NCBI GenBank assembly: GCA_030390025.1
Contig: CM059425.1
Location: forward strand, 169,076,001 to 169,140,000
From: Squalus acanthias
Lineage: Eukaryota
DNA: 64,000 bases
Direction: 5' to 3'
The translations under genes were made by a program, and so were the position numbers. Shown in pieces: positions 36,435 to 48,981 of the stretch (within the stretch, counting starts at the first letter, position 1; every line of letters starts with the position of its first letter). The notes under the pieces were generated by a model. It was not told the DNA's origin. It saw nothing but the letters and a program-made list of their open reading frames with translations, and did not search any database.

Positions 36435-38480
36435 TTGATAAGATAAGAGCTCATGGTGTTGGGGGTAATATATTAGCATGGATAGAGGATTGGCTAACTA
36501 ACAGAAAACAGAGAGTCGGGATAAATGGGTCATTTTCAGGATGGCAAACTGTAACTCGTGGGGTGCCACAGGGATCAGTGCTGGAGCCTCAACGATTTTC
36601 AATCTATATTAATGACTTGGATGAAGAGACCGAGTGTACTGTTGCCAAATTTGCTGATGATACAAAGATGGGTGGGAAAGCAAGTTGTGAGGAGGACATA
36701 AAGGGGGAAAAATTCAGTTGGTTGCGCCTCCTGTTAGCGCTTTAAGAGGGCGCTAATGGGGCGCAAAGCAACTAGCGCCTGGGCGCAACGATGTTTGCGC
36801 CGGGCGCAACGATGTTTGCGCCGCTCGCGAAATTAACTAGACATTTTGCGGCGGCACTAAACACTACCGCCACGATCTCCTGCGCCGGCAGATCGTGACG
36901 TCAGGCGAGTGTGCAACGCCCCGGTAGCGCCCCGGTGCGGATATTGAGTGGCGCCCCCTGCCTTACCGTCTGCCGCTAGCAACGACAGGTTGAGGGGAGT
37001 GTTTTGCAGTCAGGAAGGGACTGGGGGAGCGCTATTTAAAGGCGACTGCTTCCTGCCTTTTTTTGTTGGTGACATTTTTGAACCACGCATTCTGAGAAAG
37101 AGAGAGACTTCTAGAGAGATTCAATGCTGTGTGAAGGAGTTTTGGGTACTGAGCAGCACTTTGCAGGTTCATTTTGATTTGCCCTTCCTTGTATCGATTT
37201 AGAAGAGACTTTGGGGGCTGCACTCTGAGCTCTTTCCCTGGTTCTCTCCATTGTTCTTTCCAGCAGATTTGATGTACAGGTCTCTCCAGGCCGAGATTCA
37301 AGGCTGTAATGAGAAGGATGTGGATGGAAAGCAAGATCAACCCTCCCCGGCGCCATTGTGTCTGTATTCCATTGCTGACTGACATCACATGAGCTTCGCC
37401 AGCGCTCTGAGTTAGCGCCTCGCTCCTGAGCCTTTGCGCCTTAAGACAGATGTGTAGCGCCTGATTTAGCGCTCCAATCACCTCCAGGGGCGATAAAAGT
37501 CAAGTTTGCAGTCAGAGCGATACTTAGCGCCAGCCGCTAATCTTTGCGCCCGGCCGATAATTGCGCCCCAAATGGGGTGATACTGAATTTCTCCCCCAAA
37601 GAGTCTGCAAAGGGATATAGATAGATTAAGCGAGTGGGCAAGAATTTGGCAGATGGTGTATAATGTGGGAAAATGTGAAGTTATGCACTTTGGTAAGAAG
37701 AATAGAAAAGAAAAATATTATTTAAATGGAGAAAGACTACAGAATGTGGTGGTACAGAGGGATTTGGGTGTCCTCGTACATGAAACACAAAAAGTCAACA
37801 GCAAGTAATTAGGAAAGCAAATGGAATGTTGCCCTTTATTTCAAGGGGGATAGAATACAAAAGAAGGGAAGTCTTGTTACAACTGTACAGGGCGCTGGTG
37901 AGACCACACCTAGAGTACTGCATACAGTTTTGCTCCACTTATTTAAGGAGGGATATACTTGCATTGGAGGCAGTTCAGAGAAGGTTCACCAGGTTGATTC
38001 CTGGGATGGAAGGGTTGTCTTATGAGGAAAGGTTGAGCAGGTTGGGCCTATACTCATTGGAGTTTAGAAGAATGAGAGGTGATCTTATTGAAACATATAA
38101 AATTCTGAGAGGGTTGGACAGGGTAGATGCTAAAGAGGATGTTTCCCCTCGTGGGGCAATCTAGAACGAGGGGGCATAGTCTCAGAATAAGGGGTCGCCC
38201 ATTTAAGACGGAGATGAGGAGGAATTTCTTCTCTCAGAGGGTCGTGAATCTTTAGAATTCTTTACCCCAGAGAGCTGTGGAAGCTGAGTCATTCAATATA
38301 TTCAAGGCTGAGATAGACAGATTTTTGAGCAACAGGGGAGTCAAGGGTTATGGGGAACAGCAGGAAAGTGGAGTTGAGGCCAAAATCGGATCAGCAATGA
38401 TCTCATTAAATGGCGGAGCAGGCTCGAGGGGCTGAATGGCCTGCTCCTGCTTCTATTTCTTATGTTCTTATGTTCTTATC
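36435..38480 (+). mobile_element. 5'-truncated HER1-like CR1, split by a MITE
   Basis: PQGSVLEP, AKFADDTK, RPHLEYC; tail (tatgttct)n near 38460. Confidence 0.92.
36703..37597. mobile_element. Harbinger family-2 MITE (895 bp)
   Basis: TIRs gggggaaaaattcagt / actgaatttctccccc; TSD AAA (36700-36702, 37598-37600). Removal restores the CR1 sequence gaggacataaagagtctg. Confidence 0.9.
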
Positions 38481-39104
38481 TCTTATGGATTGGTTGTAAA
38501 TTTCCTGGTCTGTGAATTTTTGTCTTTTTTAAAAAATGTCAACAGTTTACTCATAAAAAATGTACTGAAGGCACTACCGCTTTTTATAATTATACCTGCA
38601 GTGAATTCTAACTGGGATGATATTACCCTGGTGACTTTTGTACTTTCTGCAGAATTTTGTCTCATTATAAACTATATACATCTGTCCAGGAGCCAAATTT
38701 CTGTAGAAAGGGATAAAGCGTAAACAAACCCGCCAAAATGGTGTCATTGTGTCTATGGTGTACTGTCAGAAAGAAAAGCAATGACATTGTTCTGGTTACA
38801 ATTGAGGTTTGTTTCCATCACACTTTGCTTATGCTCACTGTAAAGGCAGCTTCCCTGAGCGGGTCCGTGCCGAATGGGATGTAGCATGCTTCAGGATTAA
38901 AGATCTTCCTTTTTATTTCTGGATTATATTGGCTATTATATGGATTTCTCACCTGTAACTCCTGATCTCTCTGATGACGTCAGGGACTCTCACTACACTG
39001 AGAGACCATAAAGTTCATACTAAACTATGAATTGAGGCCTTCATTGTTTTTGCAGCCAGAGGATAATTGCTGTTGCAATTTAATATGTGATGCTTCTAGT
39101 CAAA

Positions 39105-42100
39105 GTTGTATAGTTGCAGAACATTCTGAGGCGGGAGGGTGAATAGCCAGAGGTCGCGGTCCATATTGGCACCAACGACATTGGTAGAAAGTGGGATGAG
39201 GTCCTGCAGGCAGATTTCAGGGAGCTAGGCTTTAGATTCCTGGGGCATTGGGACTGGTTCTGGGGGAGGTGGGACCTGTACAGGCCGGATGGGTTGCACC
39301 TCAACAGAGCTGGAACCAATATCCTCGCTGGGAGGCTTGCTAGTGCTGTTGGGGAGGGTTTAAACTAATTTGGCAGAGGGGATGGGCAGAAGGATGCAAC
39401 ATTAGAAAGGGGAAATAAAGTGCTCAAAAGATTGGAAGAGGCAGAGAGCACTAAAGTTAGAAATAGTAAGGTATTAGGGGGGTCAAACTAAGAGAGAATA
39501 CAGGATAGTCTAAGATGGGTTTACAGTGTCTGTATGTGAATGCACGAAGCGCAATAAACAAGGTAAGTGAGCTGCAGGCGCAAATAGCCACATGGGAATA
39601 TGATGTTGTGGCAATAAGTGAGACCTGGCTCAAAAAAGGGCAGGATTGGGTATTAAATATTCCTGGTTATAAGATGTTCAGAAAAGATAGGGAAGGAAAA
39701 ATAGGAGGTGGTGTGGCAGTATTGGACAAGGAGAATGTTACAGTGCTGGAGAGAGAGGATGTCCTGGAGGGGGTCAAGGACAGAATTTATATGGCTAGAG
39801 TTAAGAAATAATAGAGGTGCCATTACACTACTAGGTGTATTCTATAGACCACCAAATAGTGGGAAAGATATGGAGGAGCATTTGCAGAGAAATTACAGAG
39901 AGGTGCAAGAACTATAGAGTAGTGATAATGGGGGGCTTCAACTATCCTAATATAGACTGAGATCGTAATAGGGTTAAGGGCAGAGAAGGGGAAGAATTTC
40001 TCAAGTGTGTTCAGGAGAACTTTCTTGATCAGTATGTTTCCGGCCTGACGAGAGAGGAGGCATTGCTGGATCTGGTTCTGGGGAATGAGGTAGGTCATGT
40101 GGAGCAAGTGTCAGTAGGTGAACATTTAGGAAACAGTGATCATAGTATCATAAGGTTTAGATTAGCTATGGAAAAGGACAGGGAGCAATCTAGAGTAAAA
40201 GTGTTTAACTGGGGGAAGGCCAATTTCAATGAGATGAGAACGGATCTGGCCCGGGTAAACTGGAATCAAAGATTGGCAGGCAAAACAGTAATAGAACAAT
40301 GGGTTGCCTTTAAAGAGGAAATAGTTCGGGTACAGTTGAGGTACATTCCCACTAGGGGAAAGGTAGGGCAACGAAAGTCAGAGCTCCCTGGATGATGAAA
40401 GAGATAGAGAATATGATGAAGCAGAAAAAGAGCACGTATGACAGATGTCAGATTGCAAATACACCTGAGAATCAGGCTATATATAGAAAGGTCAGAGGAG
40501 AAGTGAAAAAGAAAATAAGAGGGGCAAAGAGAGGGTATGAGAATAGAATGGCAGCCAACATAAAAGGTAATCCAAGAGTCTTCTATAGGCATATAAATAG
40601 TAAAAGGGTAGGAAGAGGAGGGGTGGGGCCGATTAGGGACCAAAAAGGAGACCTATGCATGGAGGCAGAGGGTATGGCTGAGGTACTGAATGAGTACTTT
40701 TCATCTGTCTTCACCAATGAAGAGGATGTTGCCATAGACATAGTGAAGGAGGAGGTAGTGGAGATACTTGATAGGTTAAAAATTGATAAAGAGGAGGTAT
40801 TAGAAAGGCTGGTTGTACTTAAAGTAGATAAGTCACCAGGAGCAGATGGGATCCATCCTAAGATGCTAAGGGAATTGAGGGAGGAAATCGCGGAGGTACT
40901 GGCCATAATATTGCAATCCTCCTTAGATACGGGGGTGATGCCAGAGGACTGGAGAATTGCAAATGTTACACCATTGTTCAAAAAAGGGTGTAAAGATAAA
41001 ACCAGCAACTACAGGCCAGTCAGTTTGTCCTCGGTAGTGGAGAAGCTTTTAGAAACAGTAATCAGGGACAAAATTAACTTGGACAAGTGTGGATTAATTA
41101 AGGAAAGCCAGCATGGATTAGTTAAAGGCAAATCGTGTTTAACTAACCTGATTGAGTTCTTTGATGAGGTAACAGAGAGGGTTGATGAGGGTAATGCAGT
41201 TGACATAGTGTACATGGATTTCCAAAAGACGTTCGGCAAAGTGCCACATAATAGGCTTGCCAACAAAGTTCAAGCCCATGGAATAAAAGGGACAGTGGCA
41301 GCATGGATACAGAATTGTCTAAGTGACAGGAAACAGAGAGTAGTGGTGAACAGTTGTTTTTTGGACTGGAGGAAGGTATACAGTGGTGTTCCCCAGGGGT
41401 CAGTTCTAGGACCACTGCTTTTCTTGATATATATTAATGACTTGCACGTGGGTGTACAGGGCACAATCTCAAAATTTGCAGATGACACAAAACTTGGAAG
41501 TATAGTGAACAGTGAGGAGGAGAGTGATAGACTTCAGGAAGACATAGACAGGCTGGTGAATGGGCGGACACGTGGCAGATGAAATTTAATGCAGAAAAGT
41601 GTGAAGTGATACATTTTGGTAGAAAGAATGAGGAGAGGACATATAAACTAAATGGTGCAATCCTAAAGGGGGTGCACGAACAGAGAGACCTGGGGATATG
41701 TGTGCACAAATCGTTGAAGGTGACAGGGCAGGTTGAGAAAGCAGTTAAAAAGGCTTACGGGATCCTGGGCTTCATAAATAGAGGTATAGGGCTGGATTTT
41801 CACTGACCCGTGAAGTCGGGTTTGGAGGCGTGTGGGGGGTTAAAGTTGCAGATTCGGGGGTCCCGACCCCATCCCGCCCCCAACCCGCCTCCATGCCAGT
41901 TTCGCTGGCGGCGGGTACCCGACCTGTGCTGGGACCCGACTCCCCGAGGCGGGAAGGGATTAGTGACAATTAACTGCCTGTTAACAGGTAGTTAACAGGC
42001 AGTTTTTTGCCTAATCCCTATTTTAATCGCTGAAATGTGGGCTTCCCGACAGGTGCCAACCACGCCAAGTTATCAGGGCGGACCGTGGGTCTGCAGGGGT

Positions 42101-43146
42101 TGGAGGGGTCGATATGTCCGGTGGGCAGGTGAGTGATGGGTACATGTGTGCAGAGGTAAGTGTGTAAGGTAAGTGTAAAGTGTGGGAAAAAGTTTTACTT
42201 ACCTTAACTTCCTCCTGCAGGTGTCAGCCCTTCAGTTCTCGGGAGTCAGAAATCTCACCGACACAGAAAGCAGAAAAGCCGTGGTGCTGTCAAAAATTGC
42301 AGCCTTCTGTTTTCTGTGCTGGAATGATTTCTAACTCCGCCTGAGAGGAAGGACTCAAGTTAGAAATCATATTGTCAGTGTTTGACAGCTTCACAGAGCT
42401 GTCAAACGCTGATATTTCATCTGTCAAAAGCTCTTGACAGATGAAATGTCAATCTGTGACGTCACCTGTTGCCGGGTGGCCCTTAATTGGCCTGCTGAGC
42501 CCACTGGGCGGGCTCAACAAGGTCAATCAAGGGAAAATACAGTGGGTTGACCACAAGTCGATGGAGGCGGGTCTACAACCCAAAAAGTGGGATTCACGAC
42601 ACCAACCCGACCCCAGTATCAAAATCCAGCCCATAGAGTCCAAAAATGTGGAAATTATGATGAACCTTTATAAATCACTGGTTTGGCCCCAACTGGAGTA
42701 TTGTGTCCAATTCTGGGCACCACACTTTAGGAAGAATGTGAAGGCCTTAGAGAGGGTGAAGAAAAGATTTACGAGAATGACACCAGGGATGAGGGACTTC
42801 AGTTAGGTTGATAGACTGGAGAAGCTGGGGTTGTTCTCCTTGGAGCAGAGAAGATTGAGAGGAGATTTGATAGAGGTGTTCAAAATCATGAGGGGTCTGG
42901 ACAGGATAGAGAGGAACTGTTCCCATTGGCAGAAGGGTCAGAACTTTTTTACGCAGCGAGTGGTTAGGATCTGGAATGCACTGCCTGAAAGGGTGGTGGA
43001 GACAGATTCAATCATGGCTTTCAAAAGGGAGTTGGATAAGTATCTGAACTAAAGAAATTTGCAGGGCTACAGGGAATGGGCAGGGGAGTGGGACTAGCTG
43101 AAGTGCTCCTGCAGAGAGCCGGCAAGGGCTGTAACCATTCTATGAT
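39105..43146 (+). mobile_element. Long CR1 LINE: ORF1 esterase remnant plus frameshifted EN-RT ORF2, split by a MITE
   Basis: ORF1 end VHIGTND...DGLHLN; ORF2 [46 protein letters not shown]. Confidence 0.95.
41789..42632. mobile_element. Harbinger-type MITE (844 bp)
   Basis: Perfect 12-bp TIR GGGCTGGATTTT / AAAATCCAGCCC; TSD ATA (41786-41788, 42633-42635). Removal restores the CR1. Confidence 0.92.
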
Positions 43147-44539
43147 TTGCCTGTAGATCATAAAGCAGAAGGACAATAAATCTTAACAGAAGCAGCAGTT
43201 AACAGAAACCAGTTTGAAACTGGCAATTGTGGCTCAGCTATAATCTTATTAAAAAAAAGGTTTAATATTCCAATTTTTATGACTGAAACAAGACTGACTC
43301 TGGTCCTTTGTTGTCTTTATAACAATAAAATACAGCTCTATGGAATCTTCCACAACACAGCTGCAAGTGTTTCAGTTTACACGGTAGAGAATGTTTTTTG
43401 GTGAGTAAACTACTGGTTATGTTTAGTTCCCTTTCTTTTTAACTCTTTTGTCTGACCTTTATATGCCTCAACAGCGATTTACACCAGTTTTGATTCACCA
43501 ACTGAATCACAGTAATTCTGCCATGCTCCTTTATACTTCTGTCCAATTTACTGTGATTCGGCAGGAGCTCCCATTATTGTTTATGATTGTTTTCTTTGTA
43601 TAATGCCTTTTTAATCTATTCCTGTCATCTTTTGTTTCTCTGCTGTCATAGCTTGATTGATAGCTTGCATTTGGCTAGGAGTTTAGACTTGACAATGACT
43701 GGTCAACATTGTATTATTGTTACTGAGTTACTCCATAAGACAGATATCCGTTTATGCAAGAGTGCTATTAATCCAAGTTAATAGATTTTAAGCCAAATAA
43801 AGATATTTAAGATACTGACATTGCTATATAATTACATTTCCTTATTATTGGGTGTTGGAAGACTAAACAAAGGCAAGAGGCAAACCAGCTGCTGGTTACT
43901 AGGGTTTCAAATCTCCATATTTGAGAGTTTAATTAGTAGTTGTCAGGTATTTGCAGTACCCAGCTGAGTACACAAGCACAACTGAACACACACAGATTGG
44001 AAATGAAAAGACTAAAAGGTGGATTTTGGAACTATTTGCGATCATAAAAACACATGGAAGGGGTCAAATAAAGTTATAGCGAACTTCCTTAGCAACAGAT
44101 TAGCCATCAAGTCTTGGGAGATAATAAAGAGATGTATATTTTCTCCCTATATGTTTTTAAGTTAGTGAAACCAACTTTATTTAATGGGTTGAATTATGCA
44201 ACTTTGCATAACTTTATCCAACTGGAACTTAGTCTCACCTCTACTGTGCAACAAAGCTCCTTAAATATGTTTTGATAACAAGTGCAGTGAGATAAGTTCA
44301 GAGGGTATGAAGAATCTGAATGAGTTAGGGGAATGTCTATAGGCCAGACTCATGACTTTAGCTCTCCATTTTTGGCAGATAAGGTGCTGAAGGTATAGCT
44401 ATAGAGCACTGATACATATATTTATTTTTGACCATTTTAATGGTTAGCTTCTGTTTTCAAGCACATTGCATCTTACTGTTTAAAATGAATAACTTCTTAA
44501 TTGTTTTTATGTAACATTTACATTCCAAACATTGCTTAC

Positions 44540-44726
44540 CCAGTGCATGTGTAGAGCGAATGCCTGCATAGAAATAAATGCAGCCATCCTTCAGCACACA
44601 GTAATGCTGAGCCCATACGTCCTTGTTCCTATCCACCTGGTAAAGGAGGCCAAGACATTCTGGGTTCTTGATAGCCAACGGTGGAAGGTTGGCATTGTGG
44701 CGGGTCACATCCACCCAGACATGATT
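44540..44726 (-). CDS. PDZPH1: PDZPH1 internal exon (NHVWVDVTRHNANLPPLAIKNPECLGLLYQVDRNKDVWAQHYCVLKDGCIYFYAGIRSTHAL)
   Basis: AG at 44728-44727, GTAAGC donor at 44539. 187 nt. Start of the second PH domain seen in the window. Confidence 0.9.
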
Positions 44727-44794
44727 CTGTAAATGAAGGGATCTCCTTGTTAACACATTGGTATTTATTAATGTTACAGTCCCCACCACTAACA

Positions 44795-45148
44795 CCAGCC
44801 CTCCAGGATTGTCCTGGAGTCTCCAGGAATTGTAAATTAATCTCCAGGACACTGCTGGGAGTAACTCGGGAGAAAAATAGAGGCAATAAAAATAATGTGT
44901 TTTTTGCCTTTTCTTTGAACACTTTCATTTATTAATTATAAAAATATTGAAGATGGGGAAAAAAAGGTTGTTTGATTAACAGTCAAAAACCATCCAATCG
45001 GGTAACAGAGTCTGTTCACTTTCCAATTGGTGTGGAAAGGCAATGTACCTGGAGGATGGACCAATGGCGGAAGTGTGGGGCGGGACAGTTTGCGACAGGT
45101 CATGTGATGAAACCTCCAGGAATACACCCAACCAGAGTTGGCAACCCT
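44795..45148. mobile_element. hAT (Tip100-like) MITE remnant
   Basis: Right end gttggcaaccct; subterminal ctccagga repeats; left TIR decayed. Confidence 0.55.
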
Positions 45149-47070
45149 AATCCATGCCGGACAGCTGCCTATATCGGGCAAATGGCTAACCATTTGTCAT
45201 CGTCATAGGTATCAAAGTATTAAGGGCGCCAGCTATTTTTGTGCAGTTCCGTACTTACCTGATTGAAGCTGCCTATATATGAATCTGTCTTCACATTCGG
45301 TTTTGCTGCTGTGTTCTCGGCTGAAAATCATCATGGAGAGAACTGGCAGGGAGCGTCTCTCAATACACGCAGTGCGAACAGCTGATGGAGACTTCAGGCA
45401 GCTTCAAACAACCGTTCGCATTGTTAACTACTATGAGAGGCAGTCGGAAAATGGAAACTTCGGGCAGCTTCATTCAGATGATTTAACCCTCCACCGTGTA
45501 TAGCGGGCAAATTGCGGTAGCACGAACACGCCCGCTATATGAGGTGCGGAATGTAATACATTTCATTATACTGAGAAATATCAACAACATTAGAAAACAC
45601 AAAGGATAACATGAGTGGAAGCTTTCAGAGGACCCACTCCTAACAAAACCTAAGTATGCAAATAAACCTAAATATGTGGCATTAGCTATTGTATTATAAA
45701 AGAAAACACTAAAATGGGCAAATTACAAAGACTTAAGCAGTACACACTAATATAAATGGTTGATGGATCCTTTGGCCTTACAATTCCACAACATCTCTCC
45801 AAGTATCCCGTCGGAATTGTACCAAGAACCCGAGAGAACTCCTACAGAATTTCATGGCCTTTATGCTTTCTGTGGTACAGTGAAGCCTTGTTGAAAGTTT
45901 CACTGATTTTTTGGTGATATTTTATAGGAATAAACATTTAACATGTCAAAATATTATGTTATGTTTACAGCAGCTTAAGGAATTTGACTTATAAGACTTA
46001 CAGCGCCAAAACGAGCCAATAGATTAAAAATAAATGAGCAGGTTAGCATTTGAAATAGCAGGTATTGATGGCTGAAGTACTGTGGTGCCATGGAGGGGAA
46101 AATAGGTTTGATTTCTCCCCAACCCAAAACAACTGAGTTCCGGACCTCTGCTGCATCACTGTAATGTGTTTAGTGGAGATTGGCTGCTTTCCTATGGATG
46201 GGGAAGGAGAGATGCCAGAGGGAGAGTTGTTCCCACACTGCTCTCTTACATCTTCTAGTGTTAGTTCAGAGCAACATTCCCAGAGGTCTGGAGCATCTCA
46301 CCTTCCTGCCTTCTGCTTATACTTGTGTGTGGCTTGGGAGGGGCAGAGATGAAAGCGCAAAGGGGAAGAAATGCATGGGAGATGCATCATGGGATCAGAA
46401 TGAGGTCCACTACTTTACATCCTATTGGTAGGAGTCCACGCTACTAGGGGTGTATCAGGAGGCAGGGAAGTCCAATGTTAGTTGCTGTTTCTGGAGGGGA
46501 GGGGTGCCAGGTCCCTCCTGGAAAGAATTTGGATTGCTCCCAGTGGCTCCCTTCAAAAGGAGGTACATCTATTTTATATTTTAAATGACTTTTCTCCTTA
46601 GGCCAGGTGGGAGCCTCTGAGGGCCGAGGATGCAGGAACTCCCAATGTAGTGAGTTGCTGCTCCACCCCACTCACTCCTAGGTTGATGGCCTTATTTGGG
46701 CCAGCGGAGGCCCTACCACCAGTAGGCCATCTGGGAAACTCCTGTGCAAAACTGGGACCTGGCATAACCAGGTCCTGGACTCATTTGCAACTCTTTCGAT
46801 GTGTTCCTGCACTGGAGTTCCAATGGGAGTGGGTTGGAAGCGCTGCAGATTTTGGGCACCCAAGGAGTTTACCTTCAAATTAGAAAAGACAGGACGCTCA
46901 ACGTACTGTAACAGGCAAACGTGTACAAGTTGCCGATACACATTTAAGAGGGACAGACCAATTCGCTTACAGAACAAAATGTATTAAAAAGACTTTACTT
47001 GCTCAGATGATTTGCTCAGGTAATTTAAGAAAAAGAACTATGTTTCTGCTGTAATTCTTGTGCCACGTAC

Positions 47071-47113
47071 CTGATGAACAGGATGTACTGCTCGCTCCAT
47101 AGCTTCCAGCCAC
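47071..47113 (-). CDS. PDZPH1: PDZPH1 43-nt exon (WLEAMERAVHPVHQ)
   Basis: AG at 47115-47114, GTACGT donor at 47070. Supplies the PH C-terminal helix Trp; phases fit. Confidence 0.85.
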
Positions 47114-47525
47114 CTGCAGCAAGTAGGAAATAAATGAACACACTTTCATTTAATTAGCAGAAAAAGGATAAATCAAAGACCAGGCATTTAAAAAATGTTC
47201 TAGCGCAGGCTTCTATATTACAATGTACTGGCAATTACAATATTAAGTTGCAATTTTTTCTCCCCAGTGGGCATATGCATAAAGAAACCAAATTGGATTG
47301 GAGCCCCCAAACCAATTGAGCTGCCTGGTTAACAAGAGAACCCAAACATCACTCGTGTTATTCAGTGATACTATCTCAAAGTGTGATGAAACTGTGGCTC
47401 CGGAATGACAGGGTATACTGGCATAATGCATTCACCTGAAATCCTTTGCTCTGCTATTTTAGCCATTTATTTTACACCTACCTCTAAAATAACAGTGGGA
47501 GAAATTTCAGGTGAATGTATTAAGT

Positions 47526-47955
47526 GTCAGCCTTGGCTTAGTGATGGCACTCTTACCTCTGAGTCTGAAGGTCACGGGGTCGAGTCCAACTTCAGAGACC
47601 TGAGCAGAGAGCTTAGGCTGAAACTTCAGTGCAGTACTGAGAGAGTGCTGCACTGTTGGAGGTGCTGCCTTTCGAATGAAATGTTAAACCAAGGGTCTGC
47701 CCTCTTAGGTGCATGTAACAAATTGCAATTTTGAAGAAGCGCAGGAGAGTTCTCCCAGTGTCCTGGCCAACATCCCTCAACCAACATCCCTAAAAACAGT
47801 TATTTGGTCATTTATTTAATTGTTGTTTGTGGAACCTTGTGTGCAAATTGACTGTACATTTCCCTACAATACGACAGTGACTACACTTCAAAAATACTTC
47901 ATTTAGGATGTCCTGAGGTCATGAAAAATGCTATATAAATGTAAATTATTTCTTT
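47526..47955 (+). mobile_element. DeuSINE, near full length, diverged
   Basis: Collinear with the reverse complement of 20885-21347. Confidence 0.85.
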
Positions 47956-48038
47956 AAGTGTTCATATGCTAGAATCTCACTGTGTAATTTCAGGGCCCAT
48001 GTGTTTTAGTGATAATAGAAGAGATCAAAGTAAATAAA

Positions 48039-48767
48039 GGGCTAAAAATTCGTCCCTTGTCGGGTACTCACCCGTAAGGCGTCCTGAAGTGCCGGTTTCC
48101 TGCATGCACTGCACATGCGCGGGAAACCGGAACTTCCGGTCTGGTGAAGGGAGCGGTTCAGAGGTGAACCACGTGCGCGGTAGCAAACTTAGTTTTTTTT
48201 TCAGGTTTCTCCGGGAGGGTAAGTATTGAAGAACCTGCGCTTTTAAAAAGGAGGCGCAGGACCCGTTTTGAACAAGGTAAGTGGTTAATTAATTATAATT
48301 TTAAATTTTTTTCAACAGGTTTATCTTTTTTAGATACTTTAAAGAAAGGTAAGTTTATTTTTAGCACTCTTAAAAGGTATTTTAATTTTTTCAAAAATGT
48401 AAATTTTTGTTTAAAGTAGTTAATTTATTTAACTTATAGTTATTTTGTAAATGTGATGGTTTTTAAAAAATGTATTTGAAGTTTAGCTGTTCTTTTGGGG
48501 CCGATTTCAATTCATAGATTTGACAGGTCCTGTCAAATCTATGAATGAAAGATGGTCTGCTGCCATTGGCTCTCCATGGCCCACATGATCCCAGGGGACG
48601 CATCGCACTAACTGCGCCCCTGGGACACGCAAGCACTGCGCGCCGGCACTTGGAGCAGGCCCAGGAGCTGAAGTCCCCGTGGGCCCAGAGGTCAACGGCA
48701 GGCGCGGTAGGTAAGTGCGCGCGCGATCATTGCACCCGCGGGAAGCCGGAGAGGCGAATTTCAGGCC
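48039..48767. mobile_element. Harbinger-type MITE
   Basis: Imperfect TIRs gggctaaaaattcg / cgaatttcaggcc; CpG-rich arms around an AT-rich core; TSD not evident. Confidence 0.65.
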
Positions 48768-48823
48768 ATTGTCCCCACTGCACTCTAAATTCAGTACAGA
48801 GAAGAATTTTTGTAATTCTTTAC

Positions 48824-48981
48824 CTTTTCATTTCCTGATTTGAAGTTGAACAGAAATAGAACATCCTGTTTCTTGACTGTAGAGTACATTTAAAGACAAA
48901 TGGTTTCCCCAGGCTCGTGTCAACTGAAACCTCAGCCCCTTCCAGCTTCATCACATCAAGCGGCCGGCACCTTCCTTCGTC
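48824..48981 (-). CDS. PDZPH1: PDZPH1 internal exon (DEGRCRPLDVMKLEGAEVSVDTSLGKPFVFKCTLQSRNRMFYFCSTSNQEMK)
   Basis: AG at 48983-48982, GTAAAG donor at 48823. 158 nt, phases fit. PH strands. Confidence 0.9.

Noticed and set aside
45150..46880. GC/CpG-richer patches (~45150-45550 and ~46440-46870) as further MITEs
   Set aside because: Plausible, but I could not identify matching TIRs or TSDs.
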